Part shown: one piece after another, positions 12,828-25,600 of the stretch
Layout: the number at the start of each line of letters is the position of its first letter
How positions within the stretch are numbered: position 1 is the stretch's first letter
Source of the DNA: Eledone cirrhosa
Lineage: Eukaryota
NCBI GenBank assembly: GCA_964016885.1
Contig: OZ024745.1
Location: forward strand, 112,654,001-112,718,000
Reading direction: 5' to 3'
Length of the DNA: 64,000 nt
Position numbers and translations under genes: made by a program
The notes under the pieces: generated by a model
Told to the model about the DNA's origin: nothing
Database searches by the model: none
The model's input: only the letters and a program-made list of their open reading frames with translations

Positions 12828-13031
12828 ATGGTTTCTGATTTTGACAGAAGACGAACAATTTGGTGGAAGGGGGGAAGACAATTAAATTGACCTCAGTGCA
12901 TTACTGGTTCTTTATTTTATTGACCCATAAGGATGAAAGGCAAAGCTAACTGCCGTGGGATATGAACTCAGAATGTAAAGAGCCATAACTCTATGCCACA
13001 AAGCATGTCCAATGCTCTACTGATACTGCCA
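12828..13031 (-). mobile_element. SINE family A variant
   Basis: Reverse complement of head and core. Confidence 0.75.
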
Positions 13032-13154
13032 CGACTATGGTGGATCCAAATTTATACAGGCATTAAAAAAGTTGGTGTTTAGTTTAGCACCTAATTTAAT
13101 AACATGGAGTAGATAAGCAACATTTCATCTGGATTGGAAGCCATTTTGTAGTAG

Positions 13155-13430
13155 ATAGCCCACACTGTAAAGTGGTCCTGTAGGTGTTACGACAAAAAGC
13201 ACCCAGCCAACACTGTACAGTGGTTGTGTTGGTGTCACCATAAAAAGCACCCAGCACACACTGTAAATGGAGTTGGTGTTAGGAAGGGCACCCAGCCATA
13301 GAAATCTAACCAGAAACACTTCTAAATGAGCAAGACATGGTCACCTGACCCAACTTGCCTCTAATGGGATAACCCCTCTAACCCATGCTAGCATGGAAAA
13401 TTGACGTTAAATGATGATGACGATGATGAT
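13155..13430 (+). mobile_element. SINE-like family B with RTE-type tail
   Basis: AAAAAGCACCCAG..ACACTGTA subrepeats, GTTAGGAAGGGCA.CCAGC, tail ACCCATGCTAGCATGGAAAA..GACGTTAAATGATGATG. Confidence 0.8.
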
Positions 13431-14062
13431 TACCATAATATTACAGGAAGACATGACACTTCAGTATTCACAATAGCTAGAAGAATGGATTTAACTATCA
13501 TTCTAAAGATGTAGTGAAGACACTGCTGCATATGATGACCTGTGAATTGTTTGTCTTTGTTTATTTGGACATTAGTTTCTAATCACACTTGTTTGTTCAA
13601 GTAGATGGGTTAACTGAACAGATAAAGAGCCATGTCGATGTCAAGAGATAAAATAATTGTGATTAGTATTTATATATATCGGCATGTTCATGAAGATGTA
13701 TTGCAGTTAGGAGAATTATATATTTACATTATAGACACGAACAATGAAAATGTTATTATCATATTTCAATGAATTTATTTTCAGCAACCATTGTTATTTA
13801 TATTTTTACTGTTTACCCCAGATTTTTGCATGTGTAAGGTGGTTTTGTTAAATTTACACATCAGCATATATTGGGGCAATTGTATTTTTTTTGTTTTTTT
13901 TTAATGACAAAATGCCTTTCCGACCTTTTGTCCGCTTGTCAGTACATACTTATGTACATATGTATGTATGTACACATATATGGGTGGATGGGTAGAGGGA
14001 TGGATGGATGGAATTGTGGCAAATTTTGACACCAGATGAAAGTTTTCTATTGTTTTAAAAGA

Positions 14063-14201
14063 TAATTGTTTCTACTTTAGGCACAAGGCCAGCAATTACC
14101 CAGAGTGCATTACTGGTACTTTATTTTATCGACCCCGTAAGGATGAAAGGCAAAGTCAACCTCGGCGGGATTTGAACTTAGATCGTAAAGGAAAGCATGG
14201 C
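14063..14201 (-). mobile_element. SINE family A, 5'-truncated
   Basis: Reverse complement of B-box, core and tail. Confidence 0.8.
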
Positions 14202-14671
14202 ATAAAAAATAATGACAATCAACACCAATAACCTAAGTGAATTCAACAATAGATAAATTTTCCTTTGTTTGAGGATATGAGCCAGGGGTGGCCAGTGTGT
14301 CATTGTTTGATTTGATGCCTTTGGAAGAAAAGCTGAGGTTGTCTCTCACACTCACTCATTGACTTGCACTCAGACACAGATACACTGACCCTGCCAGGGT
14401 CAGATCTACCAAATTTCATTAAAGGTTGGTTCAATTAGAATTTCGATTCATTTCTCACTCAATTAACAACGCCAAAATCACACACACTAACCACACGGTC
14501 AAAAACATACTTTGCATTCAGGGCTGGGCTTTCACCTGCTGAGGCCCTAAGCTATATGAAATTTGAGGACCTTCTCTTAAAAAATTTTAAATAATTATAC
14601 ATGAATATTATTTTTTATATTAATGTTAATGTAAAGAATAAATAATATATATATATATATATATATACGTA

Positions 14672-15141
14672 TACACCTCTCCAAGACAATGTCACTGGAC
14701 CGAGACCTTTGGCGGTACTCAGTAATAGAGAAGACCCGCCTTACCTAAATACATAGTAAAACCTATTACAGTCAGTAGGCATCTCTAACAAAATACACCC
14801 CCGTCCCACCACCCCCACCCCATCCACACCACCCCCTTCTATGTAAAGTTATGTTGGTGCCACACCATCCAGGCCGAAACAAATGAGATCGTGTAGGTGT
14901 CACGACAAAAAAACACACAGTCCACGCTGTAATGTGGCCGTGTAGGCAACACGGTAAAAACCTCCCAGACCCACACTGTAAATGTGGTTGGTGTTAGGAA
15001 GGGCATCCAACTGTAGAAAACCTGCCAGACAGTCCTATGCGAGCAAGACAATCACTCTTGCCTCAAGTGGGAAAACCCCCGTCCAAACCCATGCAAGCGT
15101 GGAACACGGACGTTAAACGTTGATGATGATGATGATGATGA
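14672..15141 (+). mobile_element. SINE-like family B
   Basis: Same body and (GAT)n tail as 13155-13430. Confidence 0.8.
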
Positions 15142-16087
15142 TATGTGTATATATATATAATATAAAACGAAAAATCAGTGATGTATCTGAGCTCAATTTA
15201 TTATGTGTTACAATTGTTTCACCGGCTGACAGCTCGAGATGCGATCATTGTGTGGATCTGTCTGATTCTGGCACGCGAATGCATACTCGGCTGGAAATAG
15301 AAAGTGTAGCCTATGCCTATCCGAGGCCATGGAGATAGTCAGACTGAAGGATGATGCGGTCAACCTGAAATCGGAAATAATCATGACGTGCAGGCACCAG
15401 AGAAGGTGCACACTCTCCGCATGGAATCCACCGAGCAGCCCAAGCTAAAGGTATGCGGCGGAGCGCACGCCGACCAAAGCGGCGAAAAGGGTTCAAGAGA
15501 TCAGACACCATACCCTGTTGACTATATATGCCCCGTGGGGTAAGCCGAAATAACCCAGGATGCATACTCGACTCTGCACGTCACCCTAGGCAAGATCATC
15601 GCCTGAGCCGGGACAGGTTGACTTGGATTCCATTGACTTTCAGTCAAATGCCTTACACCAATAAGGCACTATACCTCAACCACAGTGACATACTCCAGTA
15701 TGGCCAGTTCACGCACCACCCCTGCATGTGTATCTTTTCAATAGAGAGTTCATACTCTCCACGTATTCCATTTTGTAACACCTAAAGTATTTTCCATATA
15801 CAGACCCACGTGTGTATCTCATACTTCTCTTGTGTACTATCTCATATGCATTCACGTTCCTTCTGCTTTTTGTATATATTTTCTGCACGCATTTTCTATG
15901 TACGGTCTGCGCATACTATGTACTGTAATACCATGAACACCCATTATATGGCTTTACGCAAAGATTCCATACGTGGATTGATCCATGTTCGCAACGTAAC
16001 AACATCTCTGTAGACACATACAACTGGGCGTACCCTTTCATGTATAGCACACTGTGTATCTCTATGTGACGTTATATGTATATTTTA

Positions 16088-16275
16088 AGGGCGGTGGATT
16101 GGCAGTATCGGTAGAGGGTCGGACGCCATGCTTTCCAGCATAGTTACGTCCCTTTACGATCTGAGTTCAAATCCCACCGAGGTTGACTTTGCCTTTCATC
16201 CTCACGGGGTCGATAAAATAAAGTACCAGTAATGCACTGGGTAATTGCTGGCCTTGTGCCTAAAGTAGAAACAGT
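16088..16275 (+). mobile_element. SINE family A, full length
   Basis: Near-consensus copy. Confidence 0.9.
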
Positions 16276-16299
16276 TATATGTATATTTTTAATATATCC

Positions 16300-16694
16300 T
16301 ATATTTCTTTTATATATATGTATATATGTATGTGTATATGTATATATATATGTATATATATATATATGTATGTATAATTATATATGTATATGGTTATATT
16401 GTTTATATATGTGCATGTTTATAACAAGATGCATCCTTTCATGTATAACCCATTGTGTATCTTTATATGACTTTGTGTGTATATCCTATTTGTGTATATA
16501 TATATATATATGTGTGTGTATATATATATTTGTGTATATATATATGTATATATATATATATGTATCTTTTTATGCGTGTGTGGGCGTGTATGTGAATATG
16601 CACATATTTGTAAGAGTGTATATGAGCCAGTGTGTGTGTGTGTGTGCGTGTGTATATACAAGCACCCAATGTAGGGAAAGGGCTTGTTTGTGTG

Positions 16695-16725
<31 letters not shown>

Positions 16726-17025
16726 TTGCGAGCGAGTGTGTATCTGTGCCTGTATATACGGATACGTGTGTGTATATGTGTGTGCATGGGGAAAAAGAAG
16801 GGCGAGGTGTCTATGTATATATCTGTACATGTTTGTGTGTACGGGTATATATATGCATGTGTGTGTGCCTGTGTGTTGATGTATATAGGTATGTAGGCAT
16901 GTGTATGTTTATAGGTTTATATGTTATCCTTAAATGTGTGTGTATAGCGGGAGTCTATCTATGCGTACGACTGTCGTTATCTATGTGATTGTGTGTGTGT
17001 GAGTGCGCGTGTGCATGGATGTGTG
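16300..17025. repeat. Degenerate (TA)n/(TG)n low-complexity tract
   Basis: Alternating purine-pyrimidine sequence; source of spurious ORFs. Confidence 0.9.
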
Positions 17026-17697
17026 AACTACCAAACCCAGCAGTAATTCATTGAAGTGTGGCAGACATAGGACAGCTGATGGTCAGCCGAACGATACCTG
17101 TGGTCAGAATTATGATGACGTAGACAACTAGCGGCCAATAACAGGACGCGCGAAGAGGATGAAATTTTTGACGGTAATACCCCAGTGAAAGAATTTGCTC
17201 CGAAATCATTAGACGTGTCTGTCGAACCTGCGGGTCCAGAGTCAGATAGATCCACACAATGATCGCGTCTCGAGCTGTCTGCCGGGGAAACAATTGTAAC
17301 ACACAATAAATTGAGTTCAGATGCATCACTGATTTTTCGTTTTATATTCTATCATACTCTGCTCTGTAAGAGCATAGAGTCCTCAACCAGCATACCGCCT
17401 ATGGAAGCATCTTAGCTACTATCAGACACACACATATATATATATAGGAAAAAGTATGACCCCGAGCTCAAGCCGTTTCGATGGCTATTTCTAGTCCAGA
17501 AATAGCCGTCGAAACGGCTTGAGTTCTGCCGTCGGGGTCATAACTTTTTCCTATTTCCCACTCTACTACCCTAAGTATTGAGTACTCTGGTGCGTTATGG
17601 TCCATCTGGTTCATTACCACAATTCCTTTGTTAAATATATATATATATAAATGGAAAAAGACAGGTGATGTGTTGGTATAAATGGAAAAAGACGGGT

Positions 17698-17769
17698 GAT
17701 GTGTTGGTGTAAATGGTAGCACAGTGGTCCGGATAACCAAAGATGTGGGTTCGACTCCCATGTACGTCA
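17698..17769 (+). pseudogene. tRNA-like cloverleaf (tRNA pseudogene or SINE head)
   Basis: A-box TGGTGTAAATGG, D-stem GTGT/GCAC, stem TGGT/ACCA around loop CCGGATA, T-arm GTGGG-TTCGACT-CCCAT, acceptor GATGTGT/GTACGTC with G-U pairs; non-canonical C33 and U37. Confidence 0.6.
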
Positions 17770-17954
17770 ATATTCATCTTTTTCCATTTCTCTGAGGGTT
17801 CTTAACCCCACTATCAGGCTAAATAATTTCTTTAATTTCTTTAGTCCAAATACGGCGATAGCTTACATTTCTAATAATTTCAAACCCACTCGCTGTTTCG
17901 AAAATATTCTTTCGAAAATATTCTTACATATATATATATATATATATATATATA

Positions 17955-18314
17955 CATGACCGTGACCTCTGGTGTCACGTAGTAATACAAAAGACCCGAC
18001 TTCCCACGGGTACAAGCCGAAGCTGAAGCATATAGACAATATGCCCCACCAAGTTGTTGTGGCGGTGCCACAGCAAAAAAGCACCCAGCCCACACTGTGA
18101 AGTGGACATGTAGGCGCCTCGGAAAAAAAGCACCCAGCACTCACTGTAAATGAGGTTGGTGTTAGGAAGGGCATCCAGCTGTAGAAATCAAGCCAGAATC
18201 AGTTCCCGTATGAGCAAGATAAGGTCAGCCGACCGGACACTGCCCACAACAGGACAACCGATTTAACCCATGCTAGCGTGGAAGAACTGACGTAAAACGG
18301 TGATGATGATGATG

Positions 18315-18315
<1 letters not shown>
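17955..18315 (+). mobile_element. SINE-like family B
   Basis: Same subrepeats and tail; flanked by (TA)n. Confidence 0.8.
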
Positions 18316-18346
<31 letters not shown>

Positions 18347-19503
18347 TTAGGATTTAATGTTAAAGAATAGAAACGAATGATAAAATAAAAATATATATTT
18401 AAAAATGAGGCCCCTTAGGGTGTGTGACCCTAAGCTATAACTTCTTTAGCTTATAGGTAAGTCCACCACTGTTTGCATTTCTTTAAACATGTTCTTATTC
18501 CCCGCCTGATTTTGTTGTAAACCATAGTGCAAAATAAAACATATCTTAACTATAATAAAGGAAGGTCTGCGGGATTGCGTCCAGAATATATTTTTTTACC
18601 CCGTTTGTAAAATAAGTTGGATTACTTTGAATAAATAATGAATGAATATTACATAATTGATGTGCTAAATTTCGTGGCTGTTGATTAAATATATTTTATA
18701 GCTTAATCTTTAAAATTCACTTCTTTAAAATTATCAAATGTCAACACTTCCGGTTAGCGGCGGTTATATTATAACACTTATAAAAAATCGCATATATTTC
18801 CGTCGCTAATTTTCTCCTAATGCAGTTTATATATAATGTCGTCTTTTTTTAAATATATCATGGATTACTGATTACAGAAGACAGTGTAACATAGGCTTTG
18901 TTCAATTTCTGTGTATATTGTCAATTACGATTTTATTTGATGTATCAGATTTACATGCATATATATTTGTGTATAATATCAATATACACACTACACATGC
19001 TAGCAGAAAAACCACGCGTAGGGTGGTTTTTCTGCTAGTTAAATTAATTGTAGAGTGGTTTTGAGGTTTTGTTCATTTGTAAATTCTGTATCAATGTGAT
19101 TGGGGAAAATCACTTTCCCTGCAGCAACGTCACATCAAGCTCAACAAGCAACTTCAACTGCTCGTTCAACTTACCATGGTAAGCATCACAGCTACAATTC
19201 ACTTCACTCAATGGGACACACAAGCATCACATGTCATGAATTCAACCAACCACATATTCACTTCAACTTACACTACAACAATTGAACAACAAATCTCAGA
19301 ACCACCACTAAACAATAATTGACATGATTGAACAAAGACATGTTGTCAACTTTTTGGACATTATTGCATTCTCAATAGATAAGGTAGCAATGACAATAAG
19401 TAATCTGAATCTTGATGAAATGGAATATGTACCATAGTCTTATGCTTTGGTGGTAGTAGTCTCAGCCATGATAATACACCATGTGTTTATATTCCTATAT
19501 ATA

Positions 19504-19604
19504 CAGCGTGTCCCACAAAAATTTATACACACTTAAAACAGCGTTCTAATAAATATTGCTTGTACAGATAATCAAAGTGTGTGCACATTTTTGGGGACAC
19601 ACTG
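19504..19604. mobile_element. Tc1/mariner-type MITE; related copy at about 51774-51862
   Basis: TIRs CAGCGTGTCCCACAAAAAT / ATTTTTGGGGACACACTG, flanked by TA. Confidence 0.75.
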
Positions 19605-20239
19605 TATATATCTCCACCTGTAATTCTTTAAAATTTACCGACACTCACAAACACACGCACACACAATGCACTACCTATCTTAGTCATGTTGCTACAATAA
19701 GAAGTTCACTTTCCAGTCACAGGGTCCAAAGTTCTAGCCCTGCATTTGTCCCTATAAATAGTTAGTTCTTCTAAGTTACTCATACATTTAATCCTGTATG
19801 TCATAACAACAATAACAACAACCCCGCATCTTGGGTGAAAGAAGGAATTTGATTCCCAGCAACCAGCCTGGCAGCCGAAATAGGTATCGGTATCAACTAC
19901 TACTACCATTAAGAAGAGGAAGGATATGACAGCAGCAGTGACAATAACAACAACAACATATGTGTATACACCAACATCTTACCAGCAATCACTAGCACTA
20001 CCATTAACAAGAGAAAGCCAACTCCAGCATCAGTGACAATAACAACCTTTGGGTCATTCTGCTGGGAATAACCCCCTGTTTTCTTTTTGTACATTCATCC
20101 ATTCATTGATTTATTTATTTGCTAACTTTCTACTTTCGTATGTGTCCCCCTCCATGCAATCCCCCCCACCCCTCTTCTCTTTTATCTTGTCTTCTGTAGC
20201 CTCCATATCTGATGTAGGTGAGCTATGAGGCCTCACTCA

Positions 20240-23200
20240 TACCAACACTTTCCCTTCCACCCACGTGCAATTGTGCCTAGCGCCTAGGCTGGTGAAAACC
20301 AGCCACTCACCCCTGATGCCGCTTGGTGCCCCAGTCCCCTGCTCCACGCCCCATCCTCCATCCCCACCAGTCGACATCTGCAGCACTTGCAGCACCACGA
20401 ACAGACGGAAGAGGGGCCGTAACTATCGGCGTGCGGCTGCTTCCACCACCTCACCTGTGTTGGCTTGACGCGTCGAGCTTCCAGTGTCTTCGCAGCGTGG
20501 AGATGCAGAAACTGTCTCTTCCCCCTCGTCTGCCCAACCACGGCCGTCTGGCACTCCACCAGATGAGACAGCGAGCTTGCCTGATGCTCAAGCCTCGCTG
20601 GTCAACATCGCTCAGCTTAGGAGGCTCCGGAAGATTTCGCTCAGGATCCCGAGAGCAACCCGGGTGCCGGTAGCCGATGCCTTCGCTTCCTCGAACGAGA
20701 GTGCTCTGGATTCCAATCGAGCCAGCGACTGGAAGCGCCTCTCCTATTTCGCCCCACTCGCCCTCGGCCTCCCCAGCTCTGGCGCTGACCGAGACGGCCG
20801 GTCGACAGCAGCCTTTGTCAAGGCTAGTGCCCATTCCAAGCGTTCCGAAGGATGCCACAACCCCTGCTCTTGGGTGCCTCCAATCATCCACCTCTGAGGC
20901 CAGCGCCAAGCGTTTGCGTGACCGCGTAAACGTTAAACTTATCATGGGTGGTATCAAGGCTGCAGTCAGAGTGGTTGTCTCAGAGGACACTGTCCTCCAA
21001 CCCACCGAGGTTGTCCTGGCTGCCCTGCGACTCAAGCACTTTGAGCTACACGCTGAGCTCCGACCCATACCCACACCTGATCCCCCACCTGCTCCTTGTG
21101 GCTTCCGACGCAGACATCATGTCCGCTATCAAGTCCTTCCCAGCTAGCAGCAGCGGAGGTGCTGGTGGTCTCCGACCAGGCCACCTCAAGGAGTTGCTAT
21201 ACCCCCTCTCCGCTGAGGCCGGGCGCCACTTTCTGAGTGCTATTGTGGCACTTACCAATAGGCTTATCCATGGCGCCCTGGATGATCACGCCCGAGGCCT
21301 TTTTTTTTTCGGCTAACCTGACGCTCTCAGGAAGAAAGAGGATGGCATACGCCCCATCGCTGTGGGCAATGTCTTCCGGGGGCTGGCTGCTAAGGGGGTC
21401 TGAAGGTCCATAACACCTGAACTGGGTGAGGAGTTCAGTCCGATGCAACTGGGTGTCGGCGTGTCCGGTGACTGTGAGAGGGCCGCACATACAACCAGGC
21501 AGTTCTTCAATAGCTGCCCACGGAACCGGCATCCAGGGACTCCAGGCACCTCATTGTCAACCTTGACATGGGGGATGCCTTTAACTGCTGCATACGCCAG
21601 GACATCTGCTCAATGCCTGCCTCAGCCGAGCCCCCTCCGCCTACCCGCTGGCCTACTTGTCATATGGAGCCCCGAGCATGCTCCTTGCTGCTGGCACGGT
21701 CATACCTTCGGCCACTGGGGTCCAATAGGGCGACCCTCTGGGCCCCCTCCTGTTTGCCCTTGGTATAGACCACATTACCCGGAGTATCACGGCCCCTCTA
21801 AACGTTTGGTACCTGGACGATCCTACGCTGGGCGGGCCCGTGGAGAGTGTCTGCCACGACCTTCAATCGTTGGTTCCTGCCCTGGCGGGAATCGGCCTCT
21901 AGGTCAACTCGTCCAAGTCGGAGGTGGTGAATGTCAGCTATGATGCTCAAGGCTTTGCAGCCTCCGTCTTGGACGTGTGGTCCAATCTCCATCAGGTACA
22001 GGTGACCCCCCAAAGAGGATGTCCTCATCCTCGGGTCACCGATCCTCTCGCCGGCCATCCACTCCACCATCAGGTCTAGGCTCCGACAACTCCAGACCCT
22101 CACGAGCCGACTGGGCTTGATCGACGACCACCCAGCTCTCTTCCTGTTGAGGAACTGCTTCGCCATGCCGAAGCTCCTCTACATACTTCGTAGCGCTCCG
22201 TGCTACAGCCACGCATCTCACCTCGCTGATCTCGATACTTGTATCCGAGCGGCAGCTGAGGAGATATGCAACGTCCGGTTTGACGACATTGGATGGCAAC
22301 AGGCCACTTTACCTGTCAGATTTGGCGGCCTTGGCCCGGTCCCCGATCTCGCAAGCTTTGCCGGCGTTTCTTTCATCGGTAACCTCATGTCACGTCCTCG
22401 TCAGCAGGGTTCTCCAAAATACAATGGAACCCTCTGTGTTCAGGGAACGTGAGGTCACCTGTAAGACGTGGAACAGGCTGGGACTTAGCCCAGTAGACGT
22501 CCCTCCTCATTCTCCCCCTGCTGACGTCGAGTCTCCCCAAAGCGTATGGGATGCCATCCAGTGCAGCCAGGCCTCAGACAGGCTCACGCGCCAGCTCGAC
22601 CAGCACCGCCTTGCCTGTTTTCGCGCGGCCTCCAAACCCCACAGTGGTGTCTGGCTCCATTCCTTGCCATCCTTCCCCACTGGCACGCAGCTGGATAACG
22701 ATATCCTGCGCATCGGCGTTTCCTTGAGGCTTGGACTCCGGATCTGCGAGCCACATAAATGTCGCTGTGGATCCACCGTGAACTCTTTCGGACTCCAGCC
22801 GCTTTCCTGTCACCACAGGGCCAGCCGCCTTCCACGCCATGTTGCCCTCAACGAGATCATTAAGCATGGCTTGGACACTGCAGGCTTCACCTCCCAGCTC
22901 GAGGCGGTGGGGTTGGATCGAGAGGATGGCAAAAGGCCAGACGGTATGACTATCTTCCCGTGCCGCGGTGGTAAACGCCTCGTCTGGGATGCCACTTACA
23001 GCGACACTTTCTCCAGCCGCAACCTGGTGCAGTCTGCGACTAACCCAGGTACTGCTGCACGTCAGGCTGAGGAGGCCAAACTCTTCAAGTACCGGTCGCT
23101 CTTCGACAGGCTCGCCGTCGTGCCCTTGGCAGTGGAGAATTCTGGTGTCCTTGGCTCTAGGGCTACCTCCATATTCACCTCCATAGGCGCCGAGCTGGCC

Positions 23201-23403
23201 AGCCGCAGGTGTGAGCCTCGCGAGTTGGAATGGCTCTTCCAGCGTATCTCCCTTAGCATCCTCCGGGGAAACGCCTTTTCATTCCTGTCCGCCGGGGCTG
23301 TGCGGAGGCCACCACGTGGGACCCCATTTGCTCACCATACGGATTAATAGGCAAAGTTATAAACTATTGTAAATAAATAATCACATATACTAAAAAAAAA
23401 AAA
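20240..23403 (+). mobile_element. CRE-like non-LTR retrotransposon (PHD + RT + restriction-like endonuclease), frameshifted
   Basis: GC-rich block; KKEDGIRPIAVG, QLGVG, LDMGDAFN, GDPLGPLLF, WYLDD; CRCG...RHVALNEII; KRPDGMTIFP..GKRLVWDAT..DT; WLFQRISLSILRGNA; poly(A) at 23392-23403. Confidence 0.9.
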
Positions 23404-23610
23404 TTGTACATATATGCTAAACCTTTACGTAATCATATCCTAGAAATAAATTATTAAACTATCATTCTTATCTTTAATCACATCCACGTGTCAGTAATCA
23501 ACATAAACCATTAATTTATCAAAACACAAATTCCACATATATCTGGTAATCCTTGGAGACTCCAAAAATGAAATATATTTAACACCATTGTCATCATTAT
23601 TGACTATATA

Positions 23611-23800
23611 GTGGTTGGAATTGGCAGTATCGGTAGAGGGTCGGACGCCATGCTTTCCAGCATAGTTACGTCCCTTTACGATCTGAGTTCAAATCCCGCC
23701 GAGGTTGACTTTGCCTTTCATCCTTACGGGGTCGATAAAATAAAGTACCAGTAATGCACTGGGTAATTGCTGGCCTTGTGCCTAAAAGTAGAAACAATTA
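23611..23800 (+). mobile_element. SINE family A with target-site duplication
   Basis: Near-consensus; ATTATTGACTATATAGTG on both sides. Confidence 0.9.
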
Positions 23801-24080
23801 TTGACTATATAGTGATCTTTCTGAGATGCGCCTCAGTGACATTTATTACTTTGCCATTCATATCTCTATAGACTGATGTTTGGTTTCGTCTGAATCATTA
23901 ATTAATTACTTTCCTTTCATCCAGCCTCTTCAAGTATCAACGTTTCTCGCTGCTGACAATTCTTGTTTGAGAGTTATCAGATTATATTGAAGAGTTCTGG
24001 TTGTACTGTTACCAAACATCGTTTCTATTTTATTTTTCACTCTTTGTTTAGTACTATTATATATATATATATATATATAT

Positions 24081-24445
24081 ATTGGTAAACGGAATAGAAA
24101 ATGCTGACAAATTGTTCACAGTTGAAAAATGGTTTAATTAGGAATAAAAGAGTATTAGTGATTATATGGGTTAGTATTCAGTTGTGGTTTTAAGTTTTTA
24201 AGTTTTTACCGGTTGCGCATTTCTAAATGCTTTTCAAAAATAATTTTGAGATAGAGTGTCCGTGCTGTTTGCTCTGATCTGATTATTTTTGAAAAGCATT
24301 TAGAAATGCGCAACCGGTAAAAACTTAAAAACTTAAAACCACAACTGAATACTAACCCATACAATCACTAATACTCTTTTATTCCTAATTAAACCATTTT
24401 TCAACTGTGAACAATTTGTCAGCATTTTCTATTCCGTTTACCAAT
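24081..24445. repeat. Inverted repeat, arms about 165 bp, spacer about 35 bp; same family as 33986-34184
   Basis: 24081-24245 is the reverse complement of 24281-24445; abuts (TA)n. Confidence 0.9.
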
Positions 24446-24521
24446 ATATAATAACTTGTGTTACACCTCTATTCTTTTAACTATATATATATATATATAT
24501 AGACAGTTGATCTTTCCAGTT

Positions 24522-24617
<96 letters not shown>

Positions 24618-25569
24618 AACTGGAAAGATCAACTGTCTTCTCAGCTTCACTTTCTTTATTTATCAACTTGAGAAGACGGATGTAGAGAAACAAGTCCTGT
24701 CCTCGATTTAATGCACTCGTAATTAAAGATAATGGAGCATTTCTTTCACATTTAATGAATTATATATTTGCACAAACGTGCGCGCACACAGACGCGCACG
24801 CGTACATCCCGCCTCCCCACACACATTCCACATATGGCTAGAAGGAAAGGGAAAGGGTCCCTGGCTCATGACGAAGTTATAATGACACTGTCCTGACATA
24901 CAGATATAACGGAGTACTCCTATGTTTTACCGGCGAAGATTCGAAACCGAATTTGAGGTTTCTCGCCTCTGGGGCCATCTATCGTTGGAGGTTCCCACCA
25001 TTGTCTTGTGAAAAGACAATGGTGGGAACCCAGCTTTGTAGAAAGAGGAAACACAGATGGCTGCCCACAAATCAACTGATATACACATCCTTCTAGCTAT
25101 AAGGTTATTATAAATACAAGGACTTAGGAAATCCTACAGAGCGACCGAAGCAAGCAGTCCGTGTTAAGGTTAACGATATAGCACACCTTTCACTCTATCT
25201 CTCTCCTGGCCTTACTGGCTTTCACCTTCTCGGACACAGATACAGCCAGACAGCCATATATGAAGCAGCAGTCCTTGAGACGAATAACATATACTAACAA
25301 TAGACACGCATACACATAGTAAGTTCATCTATTCTTCCGTCTCCCTGTCATATTGTAACGTCGAATTGATACATGCATGCACGCTAGCTCGAAGTAGCAA
25401 GCCAGTAATTAATGTAGCGATAAATTCTGTCACATATGGTTATTGTAGAATAAACATTGTCAACAACACAATCATGGCATTATTCTTTTCATCAAACATC
25501 CATCAAAGAGTAACATTTATCCGCTACACGGATGTTTTGGACATTTTAAGCTTGACAGAACCGTTCCGA

Positions 25570-25600
<31 letters not shown>

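Larger units (their letters stand above)
14519..18471. mobile_element. Non-autonomous hAT element expanded by nested insertions
   Basis: Imperfect TIRs CAGGGCTGGGCTT / AAGTCCACCACTG; exact 8-bp TSD TTTGCATT at 14511-14518 and 18472-18479; subterminal CCCTAAGCTATA in both halves. Confidence 0.85.

Noticed and set aside
11730-14500. Possible minus-strand exons (about 11738-11999 and 13434-13539) with AG/GT boundaries
   Set aside because: One has stops in all three frames and the other gives no recognisable protein; a non-coding transcript cannot be excluded
16232-16988. Long ORFs rich in Y/I/C/V/H/T, also near 24456, 31753, 32949 and 47012
   Set aside because: Translations of (TA)n/(TG)n microsatellites
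18745-18765. ETS-like ACTTCCGG promoter motif
   Set aside because: No associated gene identified; short motif
19002-19038. Short perfect hairpin, also one at 24991-25029
   Set aside because: No context for function; bacterial-style terminators are not relevant here
20209-20243. Hammerhead-like CTGATGTAGGTGAG...CTCACTCATA
   Set aside because: Both core boxes deviate and no helix I partner was found
20451-23259. Many overlapping ORFs on both strands
   Set aside because: Shadow frames of the GC-rich CRE-like element
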